Source of the DNA: Solirubrobacterales bacterium
GTDB taxonomy: Bacteria > Actinomycetota > Thermoleophilia > Solirubrobacterales > 70-9
DNA length: 64,000 bases
Assembly: GCA_036494495.1 (NCBI GenBank)
Contig: DASXOF010000133.1
Location: 3,315-67,314 of the forward strand
Direction of reading: 5' to 3'
Below the pieces are notes generated by a model. It made no database searches. It saw nothing but the letters and a program-made list of their open reading frames with translations, and was not told the origin of the DNA. Position numbers and translations under genes: made by a program. Each line of letters begins with the position of its first letter. Position 1 is the stretch's first letter. Below, one piece after another: positions 53,138 through 62,715 of the stretch.

Positions 53138-53878
53138 TCAGACGCCGATCAGGGCGCTGAGGCCGAGCATCACCAGCGCCCCGGCGGCCAGGCCGGCGCC
53201 CGGCGCCAGCCGGCGTCCGGCCGCGAAGGCGCTGGGCAGCATCTCGACCACGATCAGCGCCAGCATCGCGCCGGCGGCGAAGGCGAAGGAGATCGGCAGC
53301 AGCGCCTGCACCGCTTCGACCGCGAAGTAGGCGATCAGCGCCCCGACCGGCTGCGGCGCGCTGGTCGCGACCGCGGCCCAGAACTGCCGCTTCGCGCCGA
53401 ATCCGGCCTCGGCCATCGGGATCGCGACGCTGGTCCCCTCCGGTACGTTCTGGATCGCGATCGCGAGGATCACGAAGAGGCCGAGGCCGGCGCGTTCGGA
53501 GGCGAAGGCGGTGCCCACCGCGAGCCCCTCCGGCAGGCTGTGGACGAAGAGGACGAGGAAGACCAGCGCCGAGGTGCGGACGCCGGCGCCGCTGCGGCCC
53601 ATGAAGTGGGCCCCGGGCCGCGACCACGACCGCGCCACGACCAGGAAGGCGACCCCGGCCAGGAGGCCGCCGGCGACCTCGGCGGCCGAGCCTTCTTCGG
53701 CGGCCGGGATCAGCAGCCCCGCCACCGCCGCGACCGCCATCACCCCGGCGGCGAAGCCGAGCAGAGCCGGGGCCAGCTCCCGCGCCCGCGGCCCGAGCAG
53801 GATGACCGGGACGGCGCCGAGGCCGGTGGCCAGGGCCGTGCCGCAGGCGGCGAGGAAGAGCGCGATCGCTTCCGGCAT
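53138..53878 (-). CDS. ZIP-family metal transporter
   Basis: ATG 53878 begins MPEAIALFLAACG. Motifs present are HSLPEGLAVG and QNVPEG. Confidence 0.85.
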   Translation of the reverse strand: MPEAIALFLAACGTALATGLGAVPVILLGPRARELAPALLGFAAGVMAVAAVAGLLIPAAEEGSAAEVAGGLLAGVAFLVVARSWSRPGAHFMGRSGAGVRTSALVFLVLFVHSLPEGLAVGTAFASERAGLGLFVILAIAIQNVPEGTSVAIPMAEAGFGAKRQFWAAVATSAPQPVGALIAYFAVEAVQALLPISFAFAAGAMLALIVVEMLPSAFAAGRRLAPGAGLAAGALVMLGLSALIGV

Positions 53879-54031
53879 CCGCCCGGAGTTTCGAGCAGGC
53901 GGCAGCCGGCTCCATCGTGGCGGCGCCACCGCAACGCTGCGGAGTTCTGCGGATTCCACGCCGCCGCGGCCGGCTTAGCGTCGTTCCCGGCAAGAGCCGG
54001 TGGAGCAAAACGGACTCGAGGAGGAACCGAA

Positions 54032-54943
54032 ATGGCGCAGATCGATGCAGCGACGACCGAGAAGCGGGCCACCAACGACCCGGCGCCGGCGCCCGTCGTC
54101 GTCGGCTTCGACGGCAGCGAGGAGGGCCGCGACGCGCTCGAGCTGGCCCGCGTCCTCTGCGAGGCGCGCGGCGCGCGCTGCATCGTCGCGACCGTCCTCG
54201 AGTACGGACCGGTGTCCGTCCGCCGGGCGCTCAGCGACTCCGAGCAGAGCGAGGCCGACGCGATCTTCGACGAGGCCCGCCACCGGCTGACGGGGATCGA
54301 GGTCGACTGCCGCATCGCCGGCACCCGCTCGCCGGCTCGGATGCTCGCCGAGGTCGCCGAACGCGAAGGGGCGGCAACCCTGGTGGTCGGCTTCCCGCAC
54401 CACCGCTCCCGCGCCGGCCGGGCGCTGCTCGGCTCGGTCGCCGAGCACCTCCTCCACCACTCGCCCTGCGAGGTGGCGATCGCACCGCTCGGCTACGGCA
54501 GCACCAGGCTCTCGCACTTCGGCTTCGACCAGGTCTCGGTCGCCTTCGACGGCACCGAGGAGTCCGGGCGGGCGCTGAAGGGCGCCGAAGAGCTGGCCCG
54601 GGTGTCCGGGGCGACGATCCAGATCCTCGTCGCCGAGGACCCGGTCGTGACCGCGGTCGAAGCGGAAGGTCAGCAGGAAGCCCGCCACCGCGGCGAGAGC
54701 GTCCTCGCCGCCGCGATCGAGTCGGTGCCCGACTCGCTGCAGCCGCGCGGGATGGTGGTGAAGGCCAACGGCCGCGACGTCGCCCCGCACATCGCCACCG
54801 CGCTCGCGACCCGCTGCGACGGCGACGTGCTCGTCTGCGGCCGTCGCTCGCCGCAGGATCGCGCCCTGCTCGGCTCGGTCACCACCCACCTGCTCCTCGC
54901 CGCCCGCTGTCCCGTCCTCATCGTCCCGCCGCTACCGGGCTAG
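54032..54943 (+). CDS. tandem universal stress protein
   Basis: The SD GAGGAGGA precedes ATG 54032. Two Usp domains are present, each ending in a G-x-S/V...LL...C-V-I-P type segment. Confidence 0.85.
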   Translation: MAQIDAATTEKRATNDPAPAPVVVGFDGSEEGRDALELARVLCEARGARCIVATVLEYGPVSVRRALSDSEQSEADAIFDEARHRLTGIEVDCRIAGTRSPARMLAEVAEREGAATLVVGFPHHRSRAGRALLGSVAEHLLHHSPCEVAIAPLGYGSTRLSHFGFDQVSVAFDGTEESGRALKGAEELARVSGATIQILVAEDPVVTAVEAEGQQEARHRGESVLAAAIESVPDSLQPRGMVVKANGRDVAPHIATALATRCDGDVLVCGRRSPQDRALLGSVTTHLLLAARCPVLIVPPLPG

Positions 54944-55704
54944 GGCAGGCTGGAGATCACCAGCCGGCGGAACTCGGCCGGGGCTTCCAGCGGCGCCAGG
55001 TGGCCGCAGCCGGCGATCACCGTGGTGCGGGCCCGCGGCAGCTTGCCGGCCAGCTCGGTCGCGGCCTGCCTGAAGTCGGTCATATCGCTTTCGCCGACCG
55101 CGAGCAGGACCGCGCAGGCGATCCCGGCGAGCCGGGCAGGGTCCTGCTCGAGCGGGTCGGGCGCCTGCTCGGGCTCCGGCTCGGCGGCGTGGCGCTCGTA
55201 GTTCTCGCGCTGCATCGTCGCCACCCGCTCGCGCACCGCGTCCGAGGCCTCCGGCCGCACCCAGCCGGCGAGGACCGCGGCCACCGCTCGCTCGTGGTCG
55301 CCGGCCGCGACCGCCTCCTCCTCCCCCTCCCAGGCGGCCAGCAGCTGCGGCGAGGGCTCGGGTTCGGGCACCGCCGCGACCGAGAAGAGGAGCAGCGCCG
55401 AGACCCGCTGCGGGTGCAGGGCGGCGACCCGCAGCGCCACCTGGGCGCCGAAGGAGCTGCCGACCAGCGCCGCCTCGCCGATCCCGAGCGCGTCCATCGT
55501 CTCCAGCACGTCCTCCCACTGCGCCACCGGCCCCGGCCCGGCGCCCACCGCCTCGCCGAACCCGGGCAGGTCGACGGCGACGACGCGGCGCCCGGCGGCC
55601 GCCAGCGGCTCCAGGTGCTCGGCCCACATGCGGCGGTCGGCGACGCCCGCGTGCAGCAGCAGCACCGCCGGCCCTTCGCCGGTCTCGTCGCAGGGCAGCC
55701 GCAT
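54940..55704 (-). CDS. alpha/beta-fold hydrolase
   Basis: The product carries PAVLLLHAGVADRRMW and DLPGFGEA. The nucleophile elbow is GSSFGA. Confidence 0.8.
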   Translation of the reverse strand: MRLPCDETGEGPAVLLLHAGVADRRMWAEHLEPLAAAGRRVVAVDLPGFGEAVGAGPGPVAQWEDVLETMDALGIGEAALVGSSFGAQVALRVAALHPQRVSALLLFSVAAVPEPEPSPQLLAAWEGEEEAVAAGDHERAVAAVLAGWVRPEASDAVRERVATMQRENYERHAAEPEPEQAPDPLEQDPARLAGIACAVLLAVGESDMTDFRQAATELAGKLPRARTTVIAGCGHLAPLEAPAEFRRLVISSLP

Positions 55705-55714
55705 CGCCGGGCCC

Positions 55715-56845
55715 TCAGCCGAACCAGCGGGCGCGGCGGCTGGAGCCGAACTCCTCCTTCTCGGCGGCGAGCGCCGCCGAGGGCGCGTTGAAGGTGCCGG
55801 TCCGCTCGGGGCCGGAGAGGAAGTCGATGTCGACGCTGGCGACGCGTCCGTGGCCGAACTCGATGTAGCAGGTGCCCTGGCCGAGGTGGCGCCCCGGCGG
55901 CTCGGCCCCGGTCAGCTCCGCCAGCAGCTGCTGGGCGACGACGCGGCCGGCGCCCTCGGCGAAGACACCCGCCTTCGGCACTCCGGCGGTGGCGACGTCG
56001 CCGACCGCGTAGACGCCCTCGAAGCGGGTCCGCAGCGTCGCCGGGTCGACCGGCACGTAGCCGCCCTCGGCGATGCCGCTGGCGAGGACGACGTCCGGAG
56101 CGCGGTGCTTGGGGACGCCGAGGAAGAGGTCGAAGGGCAGCTCGCGGCCGTCGTCGAGGGCCGCGACGCTGCGCTCGGGGTCGAGCGAGGCGATGCGGTG
56201 GCCGGCGATCAGCTCGATCCCGCGCTCGGCGAACTCGGCTTCGAGCGCGGCCGAGGTCTCCGGCGAGGGCGGCACCGGCGAGGGGAGCGGGATCACGAAG
56301 GAGATCCGGCACTGCTCGCGGACGCCGCGCGCCCGCAGCTCGTCGTCGAGCAGCAGCGCGCACTCGCTCGGCGCCGGCGGGCACTTGAAGGGAGCGCCGC
56401 AGACGCCGATCACGGCCTCGCCGCGGTCGAAGCCGGCGATCGCCGCAGCGGCCCGCTCGGCCCCGGCGACCGAGTAGAACTCGTTGCCGCCGGCGGCCAG
56501 GCCCGGGGTGGCGTCGAAGTCGTAGTCGGCGCCGAGCGCGATCACCATCGCCTCGCCCTCGTACTCGCCGCCCTCGGTGGTGACCCGGCGCGCCGCGGGG
56601 TCGATCGCGGTGATCGTCTCCCGCACCATCGTCACCCCGGGCTTCGCCAGCCCGGCGTAGGGGATCCGCACCTCCTCGACCGTGGCGCGGTCGAACATCA
56701 GCTCGAGCTTGGAGAAGCCGAAGACGAACCCCTCCCCCTTGTCGATCAGGGTCACCTCGATCTCGCCGCCGCCCCGCTCGGCGAGCAGCGTCGCGATCTC
56801 GAGGCCGCCGAACCCGGCGCCGAGGATGAGGACCCGCTGGCTCAC
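55715..56845 (-). CDS. NAD(P)/FAD-dependent oxidoreductase (sulfide:quinone oxidoreductase-like)
   Basis: The product carries RVLILGAGFGGLEIA, CGAPFKCPPAPSE and VYAVGDV. Confidence 0.8.
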   Translation of the reverse strand: MSQRVLILGAGFGGLEIATLLAERGGGEIEVTLIDKGEGFVFGFSKLELMFDRATVEEVRIPYAGLAKPGVTMVRETITAIDPAARRVTTEGGEYEGEAMVIALGADYDFDATPGLAAGGNEFYSVAGAERAAAAIAGFDRGEAVIGVCGAPFKCPPAPSECALLLDDELRARGVREQCRISFVIPLPSPVPPSPETSAALEAEFAERGIELIAGHRIASLDPERSVAALDDGRELPFDLFLGVPKHRAPDVVLASGIAEGGYVPVDPATLRTRFEGVYAVGDVATAGVPKAGVFAEGAGRVVAQQLLAELTGAEPPGRHLGQGTCYIEFGHGRVASVDIDFLSGPERTGTFNAPSAALAAEKEEFGSSRRARWFG

Positions 56846-56892
56846 GCCGCGATCCTCTCAGACCGCGGCGTGAAAATCCTCTCCAGCTGCCC

Positions 56893-58032
56893 TCAGCGAC
56901 TGCCGAGGGTGGCGCTGACGGTCCCGGTCTCTTCGCCGCGGACCACGCTCAGCTCGACTTCCTCGCCGGCTTCGTCGGCGCCGACGACCTGCGCCAGTTC
57001 TTCCATGCCGCCGAGCTGCTGGCCGTCGATCGCGACGATCACGTCGCCGGCTTCGATCCCGACTTCGGCCGCGGGGCCGCCCTGGACCGCTTCCTGGACC
57101 AGGACCCCGGATTCCACCGGCAGGCCGTACTGCTGGGCGAGCGCCGGGGTGATCGAGGCGCCGCTGATGCCGAGGAAGCCGCCGGAGCCGGCCGGGGCCG
57201 AGCCGCTTTCGGGGGTGGCGGCCGAGCCGCCCGCCTCGAGCTGGGCGATCTCTTCCTTCGCGGTGTCGATCGGGATCGCGAAGCCGATGCCGACGTTGCC
57301 CTCGGAGCCTTCGCCGCCGGTCTCGATCTGCGAGTTGATGCCGATCACTTCGCCGTCGGCGTTGATCAGCGGGCCGCCGGAGTTGCCGGGGTTGATCGCC
57401 GCGTCGGTCTGGATCACGTTGTCGATCGCGTTTCCGTTCGGCGCCTGGATTTCGCGCTGCAGGGCGGAGACGATGCCGCTGGTGACGGTCCGTTCGAGGT
57501 CGAACGGGTTGCCGATCGCGACCACCGGGTCGCCGACTTCGACCTCCGAGGAGTTGCCGAGCTTCAGCGGGTGGAGCTTCGAGGCCGGCGCTTCGACCCG
57601 CAGCAGGGCCAGGTCGGAGTTGGGTTCGGTGCCGACCACCGTCGCCGGGTAGGCGGTCCCTTCCGATTCGAGCTTGACCGAGATTTCGCTGCCGCCTTCG
57701 ACCACGTGGTTGTTGGTCAGGACGTGGCCTTCGGAGTCGAGGACGATCCCCGAGCCCGAGGCGACACCTTCGGCCTGGCGCGATTCGATGAAGGCGACCC
57801 CGTCGCCGTCGGCCTTGTAGATCTGGTTGATCACATTGCTGGATTCTTCGCTGCTGACCGAGGCCGCCGGCCTCGCTTGGCCGGCGCCGACGACGGCGGT
57901 CGGGTTGGTGGATGAGCTGGCGCTGCCGGTGCCGAGCAGTCCGGTCGCGATCGCGACCACCGCGGCAACGGCAACGATCGCTCCGCCGAGGAAGGCGGAA
58001 CCGAACGTGTTGGCACTTCTCTTCTTGGGCAT
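56893..58032 (-). CDS. htrA: HtrA/DegP-family serine protease with PDZ domain
   Basis: The product has a TM anchor, the catalytic segments TNNHVV and GNSGGPL, and a C-terminal PDZ domain (GASITPALAQQYGLP...GDVIVAIDG). Confidence 0.88.
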   Translation of the reverse strand: MPKKRSANTFGSAFLGGAIVAVAAVVAIATGLLGTGSASSSTNPTAVVGAGQARPAASVSSEESSNVINQIYKADGDGVAFIESRQAEGVASGSGIVLDSEGHVLTNNHVVEGGSEISVKLESEGTAYPATVVGTEPNSDLALLRVEAPASKLHPLKLGNSSEVEVGDPVVAIGNPFDLERTVTSGIVSALQREIQAPNGNAIDNVIQTDAAINPGNSGGPLINADGEVIGINSQIETGGEGSEGNVGIGFAIPIDTAKEEIAQLEAGGSAATPESGSAPAGSGGFLGISGASITPALAQQYGLPVESGVLVQEAVQGGPAAEVGIEAGDVIVAIDGQQLGGMEELAQVVGADEAGEEVELSVVRGEETGTVSATLGSR

Positions 58033-58053
58033 GCCCCCAGGGTCGGGGGCATG
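58030..58053 (-). promoter_or_regulatory. 9-bp GC hairpin that contains the htrA start codon
   Basis: The mRNA sense reads CAUGCCCCC-GACCCU-GGGGGCAUG. The 3' arm contains the AUG (58032-58030) and the G-run immediately 5' of it. Confidence 0.4.
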
Positions 58054-58164
58054 CCTGCGCCGTCGCCTAAAGAAATGAGAAGCACTTCTTAAAAGGTTGC
58101 GAAGCGTTTCCTAAAGGGGCGAGCCGAAACCGGCTTCGGGCGCGCATTCGGTGACAATGCGGCG

Positions 58165-59754
58165 ATGCTCGGCGTGCTTCTCGTCTCGATCTCGTTGGCC
58201 CTGGCCGCCTTCGGCGCCGACGCGGCGCCGGCGCCGGCCGAACCGGGCTCGCCGCCGGCACTGAGCGTCAGCGGCAACCGGCTCGTCGACGCGAACGGCA
58301 ACACGGTGCGGCTGCTCGGCGTCAACCGGGTCAGCCCGGAGTACGCCTGCACCTTCGGCGAGATCGGCTCGGGGCCGGAAGCAGGCTTTCCCGGCTACAA
58401 CCCGCTGACCCCCGCCGACGCGGCGGCGATCGCGGCCTGGCACCCGACCGCGGTGCGGGTGCCGCTGAACGAGGACTGCTGGCTCGGCCAGAACGGGATG
58501 CCGACCCAGGGCCTCAGCGCCGCCACCTACCGCGAAGCGATCGTCGCGTACGTCGGCTACCTGCACGCGCGGGGCCTCTACGCGATCCTCGACCTGCACT
58601 GGTCGAACCCGCTGAACCTGCCCTCCGGCGAGGGCCTTCACCCGATGCCCGACCAGCAGGCGCCGGCCTTCTGGAAATCGGTCGCGGAAGCGTTCGCCGG
58701 CGACGGCGCGGTCGTCTTCGACGCCTTCAACGAGCCGTATGACCCGGCGACCCACGGCGACCCGAGCCACCCTGTGAGCTGGAGCTGCTGGCGCGACGGC
58801 GGCTGCCAGGTCCCGGCCGCTCCGGACACCCAGCCTCCTAACCCCGGCCAGACCTACACCGCCACCGGCATGCAGCAGATCGTCAGCGCGATCCGCTCGA
58901 CCGGCTCGCGCCAGCCGATCATGCTGGGCGGGCTCGAATACGCCAACGACCTCAGCGGCTGGCTGGCCCACGAGCCGACCGACCCGGCAGGCGCCCTCCT
59001 CGCCTCCTTCCACAACTACAGCGGCCAGGAATGCGACGACGAAGCGTGCTGGAACGGGACGGTCGCACCGGTCGCCGCGGCGGTCCCGGTCCTCACCGGC
59101 GAGTTCGGCGAGACCGACTGCCCGCCATCCGGCACCGACCCGAGCAACTTCGACAACACCTTCATGCGCTGGGCCGACGCCCACGGCGTCGGCTACCTGG
59201 GCTGGGGCTGGGTGATCCCGGACCCGCCCCGCACCTGCGCGACGCCGTACCTGATCTCCAACTACGACGGGACCCCCGTCGACCCCAACGGCGTCGCCCT
59301 GCACGACCACCTGGCGCAGCTGTGGGCGGCGGCCCATGCTGCCGGCGCCGGCAGCGGCGCCGCGACCTCGGCTCCGACCGTCGCCACTCCCGGCGCCCGC
59401 TCCTCGAGGTCATCCCGGAAGATCGCCACCGCCCTCGCCGCCTTCCTGCGACGCGCCGGCGAGCCGCCGAGCGCCGCGAAGCTGCTGCGCGCGAACGGCT
59501 GGAGGGCGAAGTTCGCGGCGCCGAGCGGCGGCCTCTTCCTCGCCCGCTGGCAGCTGCGGAGCGGCAAGGCGCTGGCCCGCGGGGGCCGCGGCTTCGGAGC
59601 GCCCTCGACGGCGACGATCTGGCTGCGCCTGACCCCGGCCGGGCGCAGGGCGCTCGCCCGCCATCCCCACCTCAGCGCCCGGCTCGTCGCCTCGTTCCTT
59701 CCCCGCAGCGGGGCAGCCGAGGTGCGCCGCGCCCGCATCTCCCCCGCGCCGTAG
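58165..59754 (+). CDS. glycoside hydrolase family 5 (cellulase-like) secreted protein with basic C-terminal extension
   Basis: The product has a signal peptide. The acid/base Glu is in FDAFNEPY and the nucleophile Glu is in LTGEFGETDC. About 130 aa of Arg/Ala-rich tail follow. Confidence 0.8.
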   Translation: MLGVLLVSISLALAAFGADAAPAPAEPGSPPALSVSGNRLVDANGNTVRLLGVNRVSPEYACTFGEIGSGPEAGFPGYNPLTPADAAAIAAWHPTAVRVPLNEDCWLGQNGMPTQGLSAATYREAIVAYVGYLHARGLYAILDLHWSNPLNLPSGEGLHPMPDQQAPAFWKSVAEAFAGDGAVVFDAFNEPYDPATHGDPSHPVSWSCWRDGGCQVPAAPDTQPPNPGQTYTATGMQQIVSAIRSTGSRQPIMLGGLEYANDLSGWLAHEPTDPAGALLASFHNYSGQECDDEACWNGTVAPVAAAVPVLTGEFGETDCPPSGTDPSNFDNTFMRWADAHGVGYLGWGWVIPDPPRTCATPYLISNYDGTPVDPNGVALHDHLAQLWAAAHAAGAGSGAATSAPTVATPGARSSRSSRKIATALAAFLRRAGEPPSAAKLLRANGWRAKFAAPSGGLFLARWQLRSGKALARGGRGFGAPSTATIWLRLTPAGRRALARHPHLSARLVASFLPRSGAAEVRRARISPAP

Positions 59755-59880
59755 AGAAGGGTTCTCCTCGAATCAGGGGAGGTTCTTCTCAGATCCTTTC
59801 CGAACCCCGGCCAGCGCCGCCGGCGTCGACTACGATCGCCGCGCAGGGGAGTAATCGGTCAGGGAACGGGGAGGCGGGCA

Positions 59881-60834
59881 ATGGCTTTGCGACGATTGCG
59901 TACGGGGCAGCTCTGGAAGATCTGCGTTTGCGCGGTGGCGCTGGCCGCTGCTCTTGCGGCAGCGGTCGGGGCGGCCGAGGCGAAGGCGGACTCGCCGGTA
60001 CTGGAAATCGTCGCTCCCGCCCTCCCCGTCAGCTTCACCGCCGAAGGTGGCGCGGTGACCGCGGCGATGACCGACTTCGACACCGTCGTGCACTGCACCG
60101 GGTCCCACGGCGAAGGTGCGATCGTCGGCCCGCGCGCCGCCATCTCGAACTACTTCTTCACCGGCTGCACCACGCAGGGGGGCACCGCCGGCGGCGCCAA
60201 ATGCAAATCCGAAAGCGCCAACGCGGAAGAAATCAGGACCGGGGCGATCGAAGCCGAGCTCGTCTTCATCTCCCAGGCCCGGGATGAAGTCGGGATGCTC
60301 CTCAACCCGCACGGCGGCGTCTACATGGACTTCGAATGCGGCAGCGAAGACGTCAAGGCGATCGGCTCCTTCCTCTCGCCGGTCGGCCCGCTCAACCAGC
60401 GGACCAGCTCCTTCTCGGCGACCCTCGCCCGCTCCGGCACCCTGCAGATCCCGAGCGAATACGAAAACGCCTTCGGCGACAGGCTGAAGGCGCTTCCGAC
60501 CGGCGAACGCGAAGGCCAGCCGGCGGCCGCGACCGGGGTCGAACTGGCCTTCGCCATCCACCCGAGCATGCCGCTCGAAGTCAAGGCCCTCACCGGGGCG
60601 GAAGTCGAAGCCAGGCGGCACGATCAGGAAGCCGCGGCGAAGAAGCGCGAGGACGAAGAAGCCGCGGCCAGGAAGCGCCTGGAAGAGGAACTGGCGGCGC
60701 AGAGGAGCCTCCTCGCCCGCGAGCGCAAGCTCTCGAAGGCGCTCGCGCGCTGCCAGAAGGTCGCCTCGAAGGGCAAGCGGGCGAAGTGCGTGCACCGCGC
60801 CAAGCGGCGGTACGGCATCCACCTGCAGATCTAG
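59881..60834 (+). CDS. secreted hypothetical protein with C-terminal charged coiled coil
   Basis: A signal peptide (VALAAALAAAVGAAEA) precedes a Cys-containing domain. The tail reads EARRHDQEAAAKKREDEEAAARKRLEEELAAQR.... Confidence 0.55.
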   Translation: MALRRLRTGQLWKICVCAVALAAALAAAVGAAEAKADSPVLEIVAPALPVSFTAEGGAVTAAMTDFDTVVHCTGSHGEGAIVGPRAAISNYFFTGCTTQGGTAGGAKCKSESANAEEIRTGAIEAELVFISQARDEVGMLLNPHGGVYMDFECGSEDVKAIGSFLSPVGPLNQRTSSFSATLARSGTLQIPSEYENAFGDRLKALPTGEREGQPAAATGVELAFAIHPSMPLEVKALTGAEVEARRHDQEAAAKKREDEEAAARKRLEEELAAQRSLLARERKLSKALARCQKVASKGKRAKCVHRAKRRYGIHLQI

Positions 60835-60877
60835 AAACGGGGAGTCGCCGCGCGGCCGGATTAGGATCTCCGGCCTC

Positions 60878-61795
60878 GTGCTGCTCGACGACGCCGACCG
60901 ATCGCCGCTGCGCCGCGGTCGGCGCCGCGCCCTCCTTGCAGCGCTCGCAGCGACCCTCGTCATCTCGGCGGTCCCCGCCGCGGCCACCGGCAGCGCACCG
61001 GGCGGGCCGAGCGCCCGTCCCGTGCCGAGGATCCTCAGCGCCTCGTGGGGCACCAACGACGCAGTCGGCTGCCCGGGCGGCGAGCAGGGGCTCGACAACA
61101 TCCCGGTGACCTTCGACTGGTTCATCCGCCGCGCCTCGATCCAACCCGCCGATTTCCGGATCATCCGCAGCGACGGCAGCGTCGCGACCCCCACCTGCGC
61201 CCTCCAGTTCCCGCCCGATGAGGCCGACGAGGCCCAGACGGTGAACCTGATCGGCGACTTCGGCGACCCGGCGAGCGGCCCGACCCCGGTTGCGGTCCGC
61301 GTGATCGGAGCCCTCCAGGGCAAAGCCCCCGGCGCACCTGCGTGGCGCCCCGTCAAGCGCCTGCCGAAGAGCGAAGTGGACCCGCTCTCCGGCGGCCCCT
61401 ACATCGTCGACGCCTGGACGCTGACGCCGAAGGTCTACCGCGGCGACCGCAACCGCTGCCTGGTCGGCAACACCTTCGTCCGCGTGATGTGGTCGAACGG
61501 CCTCACCGCCTTTCCCAGCGGCGAAGAGGTCGGCGCCCCGGTGCTCGCCTCCTACCGCGCGCTCTACCGGCTGCCGGCCGGCAGGACCGTCGCGATCGCC
61601 CCGCTCGAAGTCGCCGACCTCCACGACCACGAAAGCTCGTTCAACGCCGACAACATGCACGACCTCTGCCTGCCCCGGCCGCCGCACGGAGCGACGCTCA
61701 GCGGCGTGACGATCGCCGCCGGCCTGATCCAGGACCCCAACGGCGACCCGAACCTGGCGCAGAGGTTCAGCGTCCCGCAGCCCGGCCGCGGCTAG
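60878..61795 (+). CDS. secreted hypothetical protein
   Basis: The N-terminus is Tat-like (RRGRRRALLAALAATLVISAVPAAA). The start is GTG and no family was recognised. Confidence 0.5.
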   Translation: MLLDDADRSPLRRGRRRALLAALAATLVISAVPAAATGSAPGGPSARPVPRILSASWGTNDAVGCPGGEQGLDNIPVTFDWFIRRASIQPADFRIIRSDGSVATPTCALQFPPDEADEAQTVNLIGDFGDPASGPTPVAVRVIGALQGKAPGAPAWRPVKRLPKSEVDPLSGGPYIVDAWTLTPKVYRGDRNRCLVGNTFVRVMWSNGLTAFPSGEEVGAPVLASYRALYRLPAGRTVAIAPLEVADLHDHESSFNADNMHDLCLPRPPHGATLSGVTIAAGLIQDPNGDPNLAQRFSVPQPGRG

Positions 61796-62715
61796 CCCGC
61801 CGCCAGATAGCGGGCGAGCGAGTGGCCGATCGGCTGCTCGGTGATCGACTCGTAGTAGCTGAAGGCCGGGCTCGGGTTGACCTCGAAGCAGAAGACCTCG
61901 TCCTCCGGCGTGATCCGCAGGTCGATGCCGGCAAAGGGAAGCTCCAGGTCGGCCGCAAGCTCGACGCAGCGCTCGGCGACCTCGTCCGGCAGCTCCACCG
62001 CCCGCATCTCCGCGCCGCGCCCCGACTGTCGCGCCGCGTAGCGATAGTCGGTCGCCTCGCTCGACACCGCGGTGGCGATCACCTCCTCGCCGATCACGTG
62101 GGCGCGGACGTCGGTGCCCGGCACGTGCGCCTGGAACTGCACCGGGCACCAGCGGATCAACTCGAGGCGCTCGAGGTCGTCCTCGCCGAAGGTCTGGACG
62201 ATCGAGCGGACGCCGCTGATCGACTTGTAGATCACCCGCGGATGGGCGGCGACGAACTCGCGCACCAGCTCCGGCTCGTTGCTGATCAGCGTCTCCGGGA
62301 TCGAGAAGCCGTGTCGGGCGATCAGCTGGGCCTGGTAGGGCTTGGAGCCGTTCGACCCCTGCGGCCGAGAGCGGTTGACGACCCGGCCGGGGGCGATCTC
62401 GAACCAGCGGGTCAGCGTTTCGTGCAGGCGCCGGCAGTGGGCTCGCAGGGGCGAGTCGGCGGGCTCCTCGCGCAGCTCGGGCAGGAAGCGGTCGTCCATC
62501 AGCCGCGTGTAGACGCCGCTCAGCTCGCGCAGGGGATAGACGGAATCGCCGACGCGGAGCGCCCCGTCGACTTCACCGGCGGCGAGCTCGAACTCGAGCG
62601 CCATCGAGGCGAACTGGCGCTGGTTGAAGACGACATGGTCGACTCCCAGCCGCTCGACCTCGCGGACCGCGATCGCCAGCGAGGTCTCCGACGGGATGCC
62701 GCAGAGGAGGATCAT
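61792..62715 (-). CDS. ATP-grasp ligase, microviridin/graspetide-maturase-like (MdnC/MvdD-like)
   Basis: ATG 62715 overlaps the upstream stop (ATGA). By eye the following segments are collinear with MdnC-type enzymes: MILLCGIPSETS..., LSGVYTRL, NGSKPYQAQLIARHGFSIPETLISNEPELVREF, CPVQFQAHVPGTDVRAHVIG, ATDYRY and FAGIDLRITPEDEVFCFEVNPSPAFSYYE. Confidence 0.7.
   Translation of the reverse strand: MILLCGIPSETSLAIAVREVERLGVDHVVFNQRQFASMALEFELAAGEVDGALRVGDSVYPLRELSGVYTRLMDDRFLPELREEPADSPLRAHCRRLHETLTRWFEIAPGRVVNRSRPQGSNGSKPYQAQLIARHGFSIPETLISNEPELVREFVAAHPRVIYKSISGVRSIVQTFGEDDLERLELIRWCPVQFQAHVPGTDVRAHVIGEEVIATAVSSEATDYRYAARQSGRGAEMRAVELPDEVAERCVELAADLELPFAGIDLRITPEDEVFCFEVNPSPAFSYYESITEQPIGHSLARYLAAG

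Noticed and set aside
58165-59754. The Arg/Ala-rich C-terminal 130 aa of the GH5 protein as a separate gene or a frameshift.
   Set aside because: The reading frame is continuous with no internal stop and no obvious internal start or SD. The tail is unusual but I have no evidence to split it. It remains part of the CDS with lower confidence for that segment.
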